Shown: piece by piece, positions 18,424 to 28,280 of the stretch
Position numbering within the stretch: position 1 is the stretch's first letter
How the letters are laid out: each line of letters starts with the position of its first letter
Source of the DNA: Candidatus Microgenomatus sp.
Lineage (GTDB): Bacteria; Patescibacteriota; Microgenomatia; UBA8517
Assembly: GCA_020724555.1 (NCBI GenBank)
Contig: DYGT01000006.1
Location: 1,649-65,648 of the forward strand
DNA: 64,000 nt
Reading direction: 5' to 3'
Notes under the pieces: generated by a model
The model's input: only the letters and a program-made list of their open reading frames with translations
Told to the model about the DNA's origin: nothing
Databases searched by the model: none
Translations under genes and position numbers: made by a program

Positions 18424-19438
18424 TATCTATTACCTTTCAGAAGATCAACTATTTCATTGGAGATTGGAAGACCGGTCAAATCCTCTACCCAACCCCACTG
18501 ACCATTAGGATTAATTTCCAGAAAGATGTATCTTTGATCAGGGGTCAATATCATATCTATAGCCCCAAAGTTAAGCCCTAGCCTACGAACAAGGTTAATG
18601 ATTTTCTGCTCAATCTCACCAGGAAGTACGTGTACTCTGTGCACTAAATTTAAGGTATCTCTTCTCCAATCAACTTTAGCTTTGTCACTCTCTTGTGAGT
18701 GAATCTCAACTGAGAAAACCTTGTCACCAACAACTGTAATTCTTAATTCAATATCTTTCGGTACATATTCTTGAAAAAGCGCTGGTGTATATTTGACTCT
18801 TTCAATATCTACAATATCATTTTCAGAGACCAAACTTGTATAAATGGCAGAACCCTGACTTTCATCTAAAACTATTCCGCCTCCGAGTCGCTTAATAATC
18901 ACTCCTTTTGACTTGGCGGTTTTTCTGAAAAATCTATCTGCATCCTCAGGGTTATTTGTTATTAAGGTTTTCGGTATCTCAAGACCAACTTCGCTAGCAA
19001 CTCTAAGCTGTCTTATTTTTAACTCTGCCACCCGATTCTGCTCAGGATGATTAACCCAAACACAATCTAATAATTGCCACAACCCCATAATCGTGGCTCT
19101 ACTTTCTTGTTCTGCAAAAACATGAATTGCCGGAGAAAACTCGGGTGGAAATTGAAAATCTGCAGGGCGTCGATACCAAACGCCGGTAACTTGATTACCA
19201 CGAATTTGCCTACCCCGAGGAAATCTTAGGATCTGCTCTCTTTCATCCCCATTAAACAAGAGAGAGAGACAGAAACTTTTAGAGGAAAATCCTCTGTATT
19301 AAATCTAACAAAAGGAATTCTTTCTTCATTCAACTTTTTAGCAATAATATCCACATGCGGATCCAGTTTCCGACTAACTATCAAAATTTGAGGACTTTCC
19401 TCCCGAAGATTCTCTTTGTTAAACTCTCTCTCAATCAT
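18420..19438 (-). pseudogene. MvdC/MvdD-family ATP-grasp RiPP ligase, split by a frameshift in a (CT)n tract
   Basis: DPHVD...RFNTEDFP, then VWYRRP, K..QL..A..VGL.IPKTLITN, FQEYVPK.IELRITVVG, DWRR, FGAID, FLEINPNGQW. Deleting one CT at ~19259-19269 fuses the two ORFs. Confidence 0.85.
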
Positions 19439-19579
19439 ATTTTCGAATTATACAGAAAATTTGTCCAGCTAAAGCTGTTTCAAAGATCATCTCTGGTGGA
19501 ATTGACCTGATAATCCTACCGTATTCGTCCCTCTTAGTGATAATTGTGACTGTTCTTTTGTTAGGAAGTATAAATTCAA

Positions 19580-19619
19580 AATCGTAAGTTTTGACATGAA
19601 TAAAGTATAGCAAAATTTG
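19580..19619 (-). repeat. att-like scar copy 2
   Basis: 37/40 identical to 16118-16157; adjacent sequence is homologous at protein level. Confidence 0.7.
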
Positions 19620-19637
19620 TCCTGATGTCCCGATGAG

Positions 19638-20147
19638 TTATGAAGTTATATGCTGTTTTGCTAACTTGATAGCATCCCTAAATATCGCCTCACCTGTTTT
19701 TCCCCACTTAACATAATTTGTTACTTCAGAGGCGGGTACAAACTTTCTCTCCCAAGTACTGTCGTTAGCGGGATCAGGAGTTTGAGGGTTAAGCTTTTTA
19801 AGTTTAGCAACACATCTAACTTGATAAATTGCTTTATCAGGATCATTATCTGGAAATATAACCTTTTGTACTCCTAAGGGCTTAATGCCCTCTACCTCAA
19901 CATCAACCTCTTCCAAAAGCTCTCTTTTCAGAGTATCTTCAATGGATTCCCCCTCTTCAGGATGTCCACCAGGAATAATCCAACTACCTTCTTTTGATTC
20001 TCTACACACCAATATCTCACCATTATCATTAAAGACAATTCCATAAACTTGGGTGATTGGGGAGTAATTTTTAATATCATCAGTTTTAATCCAAGTATTT
20101 GTCACTTTAGTACCTTTGTATAGATATATGTCCTGAGGGTATTTCAT
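19638..20147 (-). CDS. NUDIX hydrolase
   Basis: PGGHPEEGESIEDTLKRELLEEVD Nudix box. Confidence 0.9.
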   Translation of the reverse strand: MKYPQDIYLYKGTKVTNTWIKTDDIKNYSPITQVYGIVFNDNGEILVCRESKEGSWIIPGGHPEEGESIEDTLKRELLEEVDVEVEGIKPLGVQKVIFPDNDPDKAIYQVRCVAKLKKLNPQTPDPANDSTWERKFVPASEVTNYVKWGKTGEAIFRDAIKLAKQHITS

Positions 20148-20890
20148 TTTAATAAAAACTTGAGAATAAAATCTGTGTAAAGCTTTTGAGCAAGTCTTTT
20201 ATCTTTCCCATTTATTTTTGAGAAATTATGGTTTGCTCCTTCGACAGTAACTTTTTCCTTTTTGGCATTTTTATATCCGTCAAACAATTTATTTTGCGCT
20301 TCAAATGGCACCACATCGTCTTTGCTTCCTTGAAGAAAAAGTAGTTTTCCTTTATATGCTTTCACTGAATTAAGAACTGCACTTTCAGAAGGACAAGTAG
20401 AAAGAATAGGTTTAGTAGAGTCTCCATATCCCGTGCCCGTTCCAGCCAAAACCAATTTATCAATATACTTAAATTTATCCTTTAAGGTAGAAACTACTGT
20501 TCCCCCTATTGAACTGGCAACTATGTAAAGTCTTATCTCTTCCTTCTCAACTCCGAATAAAAACTTACTTTGATCAAGTACTAAATCTACGGCATCAGCC
20601 AGATCTTGAGCTTCTTGGGCAAAGGTCTTGCCGCTAAAAGACTCTTGTTGTTTTGCAAAATCGCCGTCAGTTGGAAAAATATTCCAGTCTCTAGATGAAG
20701 AAAAATGCACAACGTTTGCAATATTCTTCTCCAAAACCTTGTTGCCCAAAAATTTAGACTTTGACCCCCTGTCGCCCGTCATTGCATACAGCCCGTGGAC
20801 GTTTAGCAAAACCTTATTTGTTTTTTTCTTTGCTTTGAAAACATCAAGCTTGATGAGGGACTTGTAATTGCCTTTAAGAAACACCTCCAT
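20144..20890 (-). CDS. Alpha/beta hydrolase
   Basis: VHG, ASSIGG nucleophile elbow, QGSKDDVVP, GANHNF. Confidence 0.85.
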   Translation of the reverse strand: MEVFLKGNYKSLIKLDVFKAKKKTNKVLLNVHGLYAMTGDRGSKSKFLGNKVLEKNIANVVHFSSSRDWNIFPTDGDFAKQQESFSGKTFAQEAQDLADAVDLVLDQSKFLFGVEKEEIRLYIVASSIGGTVVSTLKDKFKYIDKLVLAGTGTGYGDSTKPILSTCPSESAVLNSVKAYKGKLLFLQGSKDDVVPFEAQNKLFDGYKNAKKEKVTVEGANHNFSKINGKDKRLAQKLYTDFILKFLLK

Positions 20891-20929
20891 GGATCTATTA
20901 TCTCATAAAAATAGAGATATCCTAACAAC

Positions 20930-20960
20930 AAACAACCCTTGATGAGTTCAAAGGTTGTTT
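20930..20960 (-). terminator. Intrinsic terminator-like hairpin
   Basis: AAACAACCTTTGA / TCAAGGGTTGTTT inverted repeat downstream of 20978..21514. Confidence 0.55.
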
Positions 20961-20977
20961 GCTAGCATAAGCGGTTT

Positions 20978-21514
20978 TTAGTTACGCGACATAAACCTCA
21001 TATGGTGGCCAGCGAAACCTTCACCTTGATTTTTTACAACAAAACCCATGAGGTATTTTAAATCAATATCATTTTCCTCGGCCCATGCCCGTAAATCATC
21101 GTGCATCGCCTGCATCTCGGCCATGCGGGCTTCGCGCTCTTCTTTAGTCAGATCGCTAGCCGTAATATCACGATGGTGCTCATCCCTTAAGGCTTCAAGC
21201 TCGGCACGTTTATCTAAGATAAGCTCTTTTTGTGCTTCGGTAATGTCCCCGTTTACAACCGCCTCGCTCCAGCGATCTTCATAGGCCATCTCCATGCGAA
21301 CGCGCATATTATTTCTATCTTCATCAAAGACGGCCTGAACTTCGTCTTCGTTTAATCCAAAACGCTGGGCAATTTTTTGCACCAAGGAAGTTTGAAAGGA
21401 ATTATCGCTTTGGGCACTCACCATGTTGTCCGCAAAAAGCAAGGCGCCAACGAGTACAAAAGTCAGTGCCGGAATAAATAAAGTGACCTTATTAACTTTT
21501 TTCATCTTCTTCAC
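20978..21514 (-). CDS. Secreted helical hypothetical protein
   Basis: Signal peptide; LVQKIAQRFGL...V; GDITEAQ..LI pattern common in CPR; strong SD. Confidence 0.8.
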   Translation of the reverse strand: MKKMKKVNKVTLFIPALTFVLVGALLFADNMVSAQSDNSFQTSLVQKIAQRFGLNEDEVQAVFDEDRNNMRVRMEMAYEDRWSEAVVNGDITEAQKELILDKRAELEALRDEHHRDITASDLTKEEREARMAEMQAMHDDLRAWAEENDIDLKYLMGFVVKNQGEGFAGHHMRFMSRN

Positions 21515-21595
21515 CTCCTTTCTTTATGTATCTTCAATCTAGCAGCCAATTCTTAAAGTTTGCTTAAAAATAGACTGCCACAGCCCAAGCTTTAT

Positions 21596-22683
21596 TTAAA
21601 CCCAACCGGCCAAAATCACAATGCCCATGGCAAGCATAACAATACCTGCTATCAAATGCAGTGCCCTAAGCCTTTTTTGACGAATTTCTTCGGCTTTATT
21701 TGGATCAAAACCTTTATAAACCGCCAAAGTTATCAAAATCATGGGGTTTACAAAAATTAAATTATAAATAAACAAATAAAAAATTGCCTGAGCATCAAAA
21801 GCATTTTTGGCAAGCATACCCAGTATAATTATGTATGGACCGCTGGTACAGGGAAGTAAAAACAAGCTCACCAAAAAACCTACAAAAAACGCACCCCTTG
21901 GACTTGTAACGGAACGGATAATTTTCTTTAGGCTCGGCCTCCAAGCCATCGGAACTTCCATCAAAAAGCCTTTCCCATACCAAAAAAATCTTTTAAATTA
22001 AGAAGGCCCAGAATAATGGCTACCCAACCTACAGCTTTAAATAAAGTGCCGGAGACCCCGCCGATGCTTATAGCTTTATACAAACCTAGTCCCATCAAAA
22101 AGTAAGAAATAAATATAGAAATTGAAAAAGCCAATCCTGAATACAACCCCTTTTTGGCATCACCTATAGCCAAAACCGTAGTCATAAGAATTATTAAAAC
22201 CGCAAAGGCACATGGGTTAATCGCATCCACTAGACTTCCTGCAATTACAGCTGCAAAGGTAATGCTTGATTTGCCATTATTAACGTCTTCTGCTGGGATG
22301 TCTGAATTTTCCGTATCGTTCAGATATTCATCAGCAAATTCAATAAATCCATTAATGATCGGCGTATCTCCAATAAGCACTTTATCTCCGATTACTACCG
22401 CTGGTACTCCCCGCTTATTATCCGGCACATCCAAACTTTCCATTAACGTGTTAAACAATAAGGCGTTTTCGCGGTCAAAATAAATTTCTTTTCTTTCTAT
22501 GGGGTAGCGCGAGTATAAGTCTTCAGATGTAAAAAATTCATCTACCCGTCCACAATGGGGACAGCCGGTGCCGTAAAATAAATATATTTTTTTATCGTTA
22601 CCGGCTTTTGCAGAAACATTAAAAACAGTTAAAAACCCGAGTCCAAAAAGAGTAAATATAATTATAATTTTTTTAATTGACAT
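21596..22683 (-). pseudogene. Glutaredoxin-like + CcdA/DsbD transmembrane protein, frameshifted in an A7 run
   Basis: GCPHC; DAINPCAF; LLPCTSGPY. One extra T in the tract at 21982-21988 restores KDFFWYGKGFLMEVP; may be a sequencing error. Confidence 0.8.
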
Positions 22684-22686
22684 AAT

Positions 22687-23457
22687 TTACTTTCTTTTAA
22701 AAATAGCCGAGATTAAAAACATAATAGTACCCGCAATAATCACTCCCGGCCCAATTGGTATTTCAAACATTTTATAAACTACCACTCCCCAAAACCCAGC
22801 GACAGCACCTATAAACGCCCCGCCAAAGGCGTATTGGTTTATGTTTTTACTAAAATTTCTGCTGGTTGCCGCGGGTATAGAAACAATGGCTGCCGTTAAT
22901 AGACTTCCGACAATCCTCACGGACAAACCAATAACTAAAGCAACCATAGCCAAATATATTAAATTATATTTATCTACGTTTATGTTTTCGGATTTTGCCA
23001 AATCTTCAGAAATCGCAATAAACACCATTTTTTTATAAATTTTGTAAATAACCGCAAAAATAAAAATGGAAGAAATAAAACTCACACCTACAGATACTAA
23101 AGAAATCTGGGAAATATCTCCGATTAACGCCACCACCGTTTCTTCTTCGGGTAGAAACAAAAACGCAATTGCCACTGAAGAAGTGAATACAATGGCGGTC
23201 AAAGTCTCCATTGGCAATTTCGTCCAACGTTCAAAAATCCAGATTAAAAATATAGCCACAGACAATACTAAAAAAGCTCCCAAAGATACATCAAACCCAT
23301 ATATTAGTGCAATGGCAATTCCCGGGAGGGTTAAATGCCCTAAGGGTCCCCCGGCAAGTGACATCCTTTTTGTCAACATCAAAGTTCCCAAATAACCGGC
23401 TGCAGCCGTTATGGAAACTGTCAAAATTAATGCCAATAATAATTTTTCATCCATCAT
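22687..23457 (-). CDS. znuB: Zn/Mn ABC transporter permease
   Basis: KRMSL.G.PLGH..LPGIA; VRIVGSLL. Confidence 0.85.
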   Translation of the reverse strand: MMDEKLLLALILTVSITAAAGYLGTLMLTKRMSLAGGPLGHLTLPGIAIALIYGFDVSLGAFLVLSVAIFLIWIFERWTKLPMETLTAIVFTSSVAIAFLFLPEEETVVALIGDISQISLVSVGVSFISSIFIFAVIYKIYKKMVFIAISEDLAKSENINVDKYNLIYLAMVALVIGLSVRIVGSLLTAAIVSIPAATSRNFSKNINQYAFGGAFIGAVAGFWGVVVYKMFEIPIGPGVIIAGTIMFLISAIFKRK

Positions 23458-24155
23458 TTGTTATGAAGGTAATATTTCACGCCAACACCATAGAGATCTT
23501 TTAAATTTTTTGTTGTAAGGGCGCGGGATGGCGGGCCATAACAAACGTTCTTTTTATTAAGACACAAGACATTGTCAGCATGCTCCCAAACAATACTTAA
23601 ATCATGAGTAACCAGCAGTATGGTTAAAGCTTTCTCTTGCCAAAATTTATGAAGCAATGAATATATAGTCTCAGCTCCACCAACGTCTATACCGGAAGTC
23701 GGCTCGTCAAAAATTAACGTGTCCGGCTCATCAACCAATGCCCACGCGATTGACAATCTTTGAAATTGGCCGGTAGATAAATGTGACAATCTCTTGTTTA
23801 AACAGTCTCGTTCAAGTCCGACAGATTCAATACTGTTATAAACCTGTTTATCATTAACATTTTTAATTTTAAAAAAATCGTTCACAGTCAAAGGCATTAC
23901 CCCACGCCTTTGCATTAATTCGCTTGGCGGTAAATAACTTATATTTTTTGTGTGCCAATATATTTCCCCCTTACTGGGAATTATCCCCAGAAGTGCACGA
24001 AGAAGAGTCGTTTTGCCGGCTCCGTTTGGACCCAGAATTACCAAAGTCTCCCCCCTTTTTACCCGAAAACTTAAATTATCAATAATTTTTTGATCAGCTA
24101 AAATTACCGACAGATCTTTTACTTCCAGTACTATTTCGTTTTTATTGCCCTCCAT
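23454..24155 (-). CDS. znuC: Zn/Mn ABC transporter ATPase
   Basis: GPNGAGKTT, LSTGQFQR, DEPTSGID, VTHD. Confidence 0.87.
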   Translation of the reverse strand: MEGNKNEIVLEVKDLSVILADQKIIDNLSFRVKRGETLVILGPNGAGKTTLLRALLGIIPSKGEIYWHTKNISYLPPSELMQRRGVMPLTVNDFFKIKNVNDKQVYNSIESVGLERDCLNKRLSHLSTGQFQRLSIAWALVDEPDTLIFDEPTSGIDVGGAETIYSLLHKFWQEKALTILLVTHDLSIVWEHADNVLCLNKKNVCYGPPSRALTTKNLKDLYGVGVKYYLHNK

Positions 24156-24570
24156 AATTTCCTCTGCATTCAGCGCATAAACCATAAAATTCCAAAACGT
24201 GGCGTTTAATCAAAAAGCCCTTACCCATAATCTTATCCAGATTTTGCAAAAAACAGCCGTCAATATCATCAACCTTACCGCATTTATCACAAATTAAATG
24301 ATGGTGGTGAGCGAGATTTGCTAATTCAAAAAATCTTTCATTGGAGCGCAAATGAACTTCTTTAAGGTAATCATTTTCTAACAAAAAAAGTAATTCCCTA
24401 TAAACAGTTGTTAAGTCAACAATTACATGTTTTTTGGTTAATTTTTTATAAATTTCTTTTGCTGATAAAGGTTTTCTTGCCTGAAAAAAGATATTTATTA
24501 TTTCTCTTCTGGCTTTAGTAATCCTAAAATTTCGTTTTTGAAGATCGTTGATAATTTTTTTTGTTTGCAT
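24142..24570 (-). CDS. Fur/Zur family regulator
   Basis: RIT..R, TTVYR, HHHHLICDKCG, YGLCAEC. Confidence 0.92.
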   Translation of the reverse strand: MQTKKIINDLQKRNFRITKARREIINIFFQARKPLSAKEIYKKLTKKHVIVDLTTVYRELLFLLENDYLKEVHLRSNERFFELANLAHHHHLICDKCGKVDDIDGCFLQNLDKIMGKGFLIKRHVLEFYGLCAECRGNYGGQ

Positions 24571-24596
24571 AAGATATTCGCCGTATTTAAAAGATT

Positions 24597-24615
24597 AATG
24601 CAAATAACTTGCATT
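24597..24615. promoter_or_regulatory. Fur/Zur-type operator palindrome inside the promoter
   Basis: AATGCAA-N5-TTGCATT lies between TTGACA (24621-24616) and a -10-like TAATCT on the minus strand. Confidence 0.65.
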
Positions 24616-24640
24616 TGTCAACCCAATGTAATTTCAATTT

Positions 24641-24690
24641 TAGGAAATATTAGGTAACATTTGGCAATTTCTGGTAATTTCTGGTAATCT
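24641..24690 (+). repeat. Five 10-bp tandem repeats upstream of fic
   Basis: TAGGAAATAT TAGGTAACAT TTGGCAATTT CTGGTAATTT CTGGTAATCT. Confidence 0.7.
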
Positions 24691-24696
24691 TAAGAT

Positions 24697-25686
24697 ATGT
24701 TAATTCCGCCACGTTATGCGCTAAATTCACGGATCGTTGAATTATTAAATTCTATTGACGCCAGCCGTGAAGTAATTGAATCTATAACCATCCCCCCCAA
24801 AATAGAACAACACATCCGCCGGCAATCGACGTTAAAAAGTGCGCTTTTCAGTGCCCGGATTGAAGGGAATGAAATCACTGAAGAATCCTATAGTACTTTT
24901 CCTTCAAAAAACCAAAAAAAGATGGAAGTTACCAATATCCTGCGTGCTATGAACTGGATAGTAAAAAGAAGAAAGAAAGACACGGCTCTTGGGGACATTC
25001 TGGCGCTCCACAAAGAAGCCATGGATGGGTTGAGTGAAAATGCAGGCAAATTTAGAATTCAAAATGAAGCCATATACAATAGCGCCGGTATTGCCGTTTA
25101 TATGCCCCCTCCGCCCAAACAAATGAATCATTTCTTAAAAAAATTAATTAATTATATAAATAGCGACAAAGAAAAGTTTGTCCCCATCAAGGCCATCCTT
25201 TCGCACTATACTTTTGAAAAAATACACCCCTTTGAAGACGGCAATGGTCGTGTGGGAAGACTGCTCATCCAAAAAATCCTTTGGCAAGGTGGCTATGGCA
25301 TGAAAGGGATTTTACCATTAGAGCAATATTTGGAAAACAAAAGAGCAAATTATTACCGCGCTCTGGAAGAACCTGAAAAAGACACGACAGATTACGTGGT
25401 TTTTATGCTGGAAGCTATCGCAGAAACGGCAAATGAGGCAAAAAAACTGGTATTGAGCAAGCAAGAGGTTCAAGCTTCAGATTTTTTGTTACCCAGGCGG
25501 GCAGAAATATACAAAATAATTACTGACCAAAAAATGGTTAATTTTGATCAAATAAAAAGGCGTTTTGCTGCCGTCAATGAACGCACTTTAAGATACGACC
25601 TTAAAAAACTTATCGACGAGGGGTTTATCGTAAAACTTGGCAATACTAAGGGGGTTTATTATAAATTGGCAAAATCACCAAAATAG
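24697..25686 (+). CDS. Fic family protein with C-terminal wHTH
   Basis: SARIEG; HPFEDGNGRVGR; RTLRYDLKKL. Confidence 0.93.
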   Translation: MLIPPRYALNSRIVELLNSIDASREVIESITIPPKIEQHIRRQSTLKSALFSARIEGNEITEESYSTFPSKNQKKMEVTNILRAMNWIVKRRKKDTALGDILALHKEAMDGLSENAGKFRIQNEAIYNSAGIAVYMPPPPKQMNHFLKKLINYINSDKEKFVPIKAILSHYTFEKIHPFEDGNGRVGRLLIQKILWQGGYGMKGILPLEQYLENKRANYYRALEEPEKDTTDYVVFMLEAIAETANEAKKLVLSKQEVQASDFLLPRRAEIYKIITDQKMVNFDQIKRRFAAVNERTLRYDLKKLIDEGFIVKLGNTKGVYYKLAKSPK

Positions 25687-26255
25687 GTTATTTTGTAAAA
25701 ATCAATCCCCGCTTCGCCGGATGCTTTTTCATCCGAGCCACTATCGCCTATTAACAAGTATTCATTTTTGGGAATATCGGGGTCGTAAATAAATTCAAAC
25801 CCGTCGATTTTTGGTTTTATATAAGTCACGTCATCACGTGTGATTATTTTTTCCATAAATTGAAGAATACCCATTTGATTTAAAATAGGAACAACGGTTT
25901 GCCTGGTATTTGACGTCCATAAATATTTTTTGCCAAATAAAACTTTTATCTGGTCTACCAATTCTTGGTTTATTTTAATGCCTTTCAGTGCTTTTTGCTC
26001 AAACTCACGGTTATGGACAATAATTTTATTTCTGATATCTTTTCCAAACTTTTCAACAAAGCTATTTTGCAATTCACTTAAGTTAAGCTGACCGTTTTTT
26101 CCTTTTACAATTAGATCATGATCAAGCGAGGAAAGCTCCCGCTCGATTCCCTCAAACCACTCGTCCCAATTTATCATCAAGTGCACAAGCGTATTGTCAA
26201 AATCAAAAATAAGCTGGCTCTTGGGATTTTTATCCAAATGCGACAAAAGACTCAT
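25659..26255 (-). CDS. HAD-family hydrolase
   Basis: FDFDNTL, TSN, KP, IGDS..D. Confidence 0.88.
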   Translation of the reverse strand: MSLLSHLDKNPKSQLIFDFDNTLVHLMINWDEWFEGIERELSSLDHDLIVKGKNGQLNLSELQNSFVEKFGKDIRNKIIVHNREFEQKALKGIKINQELVDQIKVLFGKKYLWTSNTRQTVVPILNQMGILQFMEKIITRDDVTYIKPKIDGFEFIYDPDIPKNEYLLIGDSGSDEKASGEAGIDFYKITYFGDFANL

Positions 26256-26294
26256 AGCTAGATTATATAACCAAATGGGATTTTACGAATGAAG

Positions 26295-26879
26295 TTACTG
26301 GTTTAAAAATTCTGAAGCATTTTCAAGCATTGACGACATATCCTGGAATTGAACTGTTTCAGGCAGTTCAAACTGCGAGGCATCCGGAGTCCAAGGATAG
26401 CATTCATAATCCATCGCTTTGTTTATGTCTAATGCGCTTGCCTCTCCCCCAATTTCCGATAAGTCAGTCAACCCATCCAGAGAAGCTGTAAAACCCTGTG
26501 TTTCCCCCTCCATCCAAACATATGCATCTGTTGAATTCAAAACCACGAGATGGGAAACTGAGGCCTGGTTGTTTACATCGGACTGGAAATCCCCTCTTAT
26601 ATTTCCATCGCCAATAAAAACTGTGCCTACAGCACCGGTTTCGCTATCAGTAAAAGTGCACAACTGGTTTTTTTGTTCACTGATGATGCCCGACAGTGAA
26701 ACAGTATCTGTCGTTACTTGATCCGGAGCTTTTTGTTCAGTATTTGGTACACTGGTATTTGTTTCCGGAATGACCGTTTCAGGAGGCTCCTCTTTATCTC
26801 TGCCTACAATAAAATATGCACTTAAGCCAACGACTAAAACTAAAACTACAGCTAGAGATCCATATATTAATTTATTCAT
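26295..26879 (-). CDS. Membrane-anchored hypothetical protein
   Basis: N-terminal TM helix; C..W..D...F.LP..V.F.D motif common in CPR. Confidence 0.8.
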   Translation of the reverse strand: MNKLIYGSLAVVLVLVVGLSAYFIVGRDKEEPPETVIPETNTSVPNTEQKAPDQVTTDTVSLSGIISEQKNQLCTFTDSETGAVGTVFIGDGNIRGDFQSDVNNQASVSHLVVLNSTDAYVWMEGETQGFTASLDGLTDLSEIGGEASALDINKAMDYECYPWTPDASQFELPETVQFQDMSSMLENASEFLNQ

Positions 26880-26913
26880 ATATCTTAAAAAGATTATATA
26901 GACTATTTAAACA

Positions 26914-28233
26914 TTATTCAACCAATACAACTTCTTCGTCCAAAACCGGGAGGTTGACCTCCCCCACTTCAGTCTCTCTTCTAATATTTAGGGCCAATGG
27001 TATGCGTGCCTCATCCTCACCATGAGTCAAAAATACTTCTTCAACATTCTTTATTTGTTTGAGCCAATTGATTAATCTTGGCTGATCCGCGTGTGAACTT
27101 AGTGTTTCTATGGCATCAATTTGAGCGTTTACAAAAATTTCTTTACCGTCTATAAAAACTCGCTCGGCTCCTTCTTTTATTTCACGCCCCAGGGTTTCCT
27201 CGGCCTGGTAACCGACAAACAAAAGCATTGTGCGTTTTTGGTTTAGATATTTTTTTGCATGGGACAATATCCTCCCCCCATTCATCATGCCGGAGCCTGC
27301 AATAATGACTTTTGCTCCTTTTTGCTTGTGAATCTTTTTGCTTTGCCCGCCTTTTGCCGTAAACACCAAACCGGGAAAAGAAAAATTACTGGTGCTGATT
27401 TCGTCCTTATGATCCATATAAATTTTAGTTACATCAAATGCCATGGGGCTATCCAGATAAACCGGAAGGTCGGCACTTACCACCCCTTGTCTTTTCATAG
27501 CGGATATCATTTCCAGTAGAACCTGTGTTTTTTGGATAGCAAAAGCGGGAATCAATAAGGTCCTTTTGCCTCTATCTGCTTCAACAAGAAAACGCGCAAA
27601 CTCGGTCACGGGATCACTCGTGGGGTGAATTTTACCGCCATAAGTAGACTCCATCACCACCCAATCGGCGCTGTCTATAAATTCCGTATAAGGAACCAAA
27701 GGATCGGGATAAGAACCAATGTCACCACTAAAAATAACGCTTTTACCGCTTGTTTTGTTGGTAAATTTAATGCTGGCTGCGCCCAATATATGCCCTGCGT
27801 TGAAATATTCTACCAGTAAATTTCTAAACACTACCTGTTCGTGAAATGAAACTAACTTAAATAAGGCCAAAGTGTCAACGACATCGGAGTCTGTATACAT
27901 TGGTTCATAAAAATTTTCATATTCGGCAATTTTTGCGGAATCAAACATGACAATTTCCGCCAATTCGCGCGTAGCAGTGGTTGCAAATATTGGCCCGGAA
28001 AATCCGTTTTTTACAAGTAACGGGAGCCGGCCGCAGTGATCCAGGTGTGCATGAGTCAAAAATAAGGCATCAACTTCTTTTGGGTTAAAACTAAACGGAC
28101 GGAAATTCAACTCTTCTTCCGCACTGGTTCCTTGAAACATCCCAAAATCAATTAATACTTTTGTTTTATTTGCCGTAAGTAAATAAGAAGATCCGGTAAC
28201 GGTCCCGGAAGCTCCTAAAAATTTTAGCTCCAT
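26914..28233 (-). CDS. MBL-fold beta-CASP ribonuclease
   Basis: LGASGTVTGS, THAHLDHCG, AGHILG, MESTYG, SSHAD, HGE. Confidence 0.93.
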   Translation of the reverse strand: MELKFLGASGTVTGSSYLLTANKTKVLIDFGMFQGTSAEEELNFRPFSFNPKEVDALFLTHAHLDHCGRLPLLVKNGFSGPIFATTATRELAEIVMFDSAKIAEYENFYEPMYTDSDVVDTLALFKLVSFHEQVVFRNLLVEYFNAGHILGAASIKFTNKTSGKSVIFSGDIGSYPDPLVPYTEFIDSADWVVMESTYGGKIHPTSDPVTEFARFLVEADRGKRTLLIPAFAIQKTQVLLEMISAMKRQGVVSADLPVYLDSPMAFDVTKIYMDHKDEISTSNFSFPGLVFTAKGGQSKKIHKQKGAKVIIAGSGMMNGGRILSHAKKYLNQKRTMLLFVGYQAEETLGREIKEGAERVFIDGKEIFVNAQIDAIETLSSHADQPRLINWLKQIKNVEEVFLTHGEDEARIPLALNIRRETEVGEVNLPVLDEEVVLVE

Positions 28234-28280
28234 CCATCCATCTTAGCAAAAAAATTATTTAAATTGCCAGAGAAAGCTTA

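Larger units (their letters stand above)
1..19619. mobile_element. Integrative element / accretion island (left end outside window; right end at ~19.6 kb or ~20.9 kb)
   Basis: Recombinase-xis backbone, cargo operons, duplicated housekeeping families (glyA-like, cysS), att-like scars and clustered pseudogenes. Confidence 0.65.

Noticed and set aside
21982-21988. Programmed frameshift in the ccdA-like gene
   Set aside because: A single-base loss in a homopolymer is more simply a sequencing error or a recent mutation.
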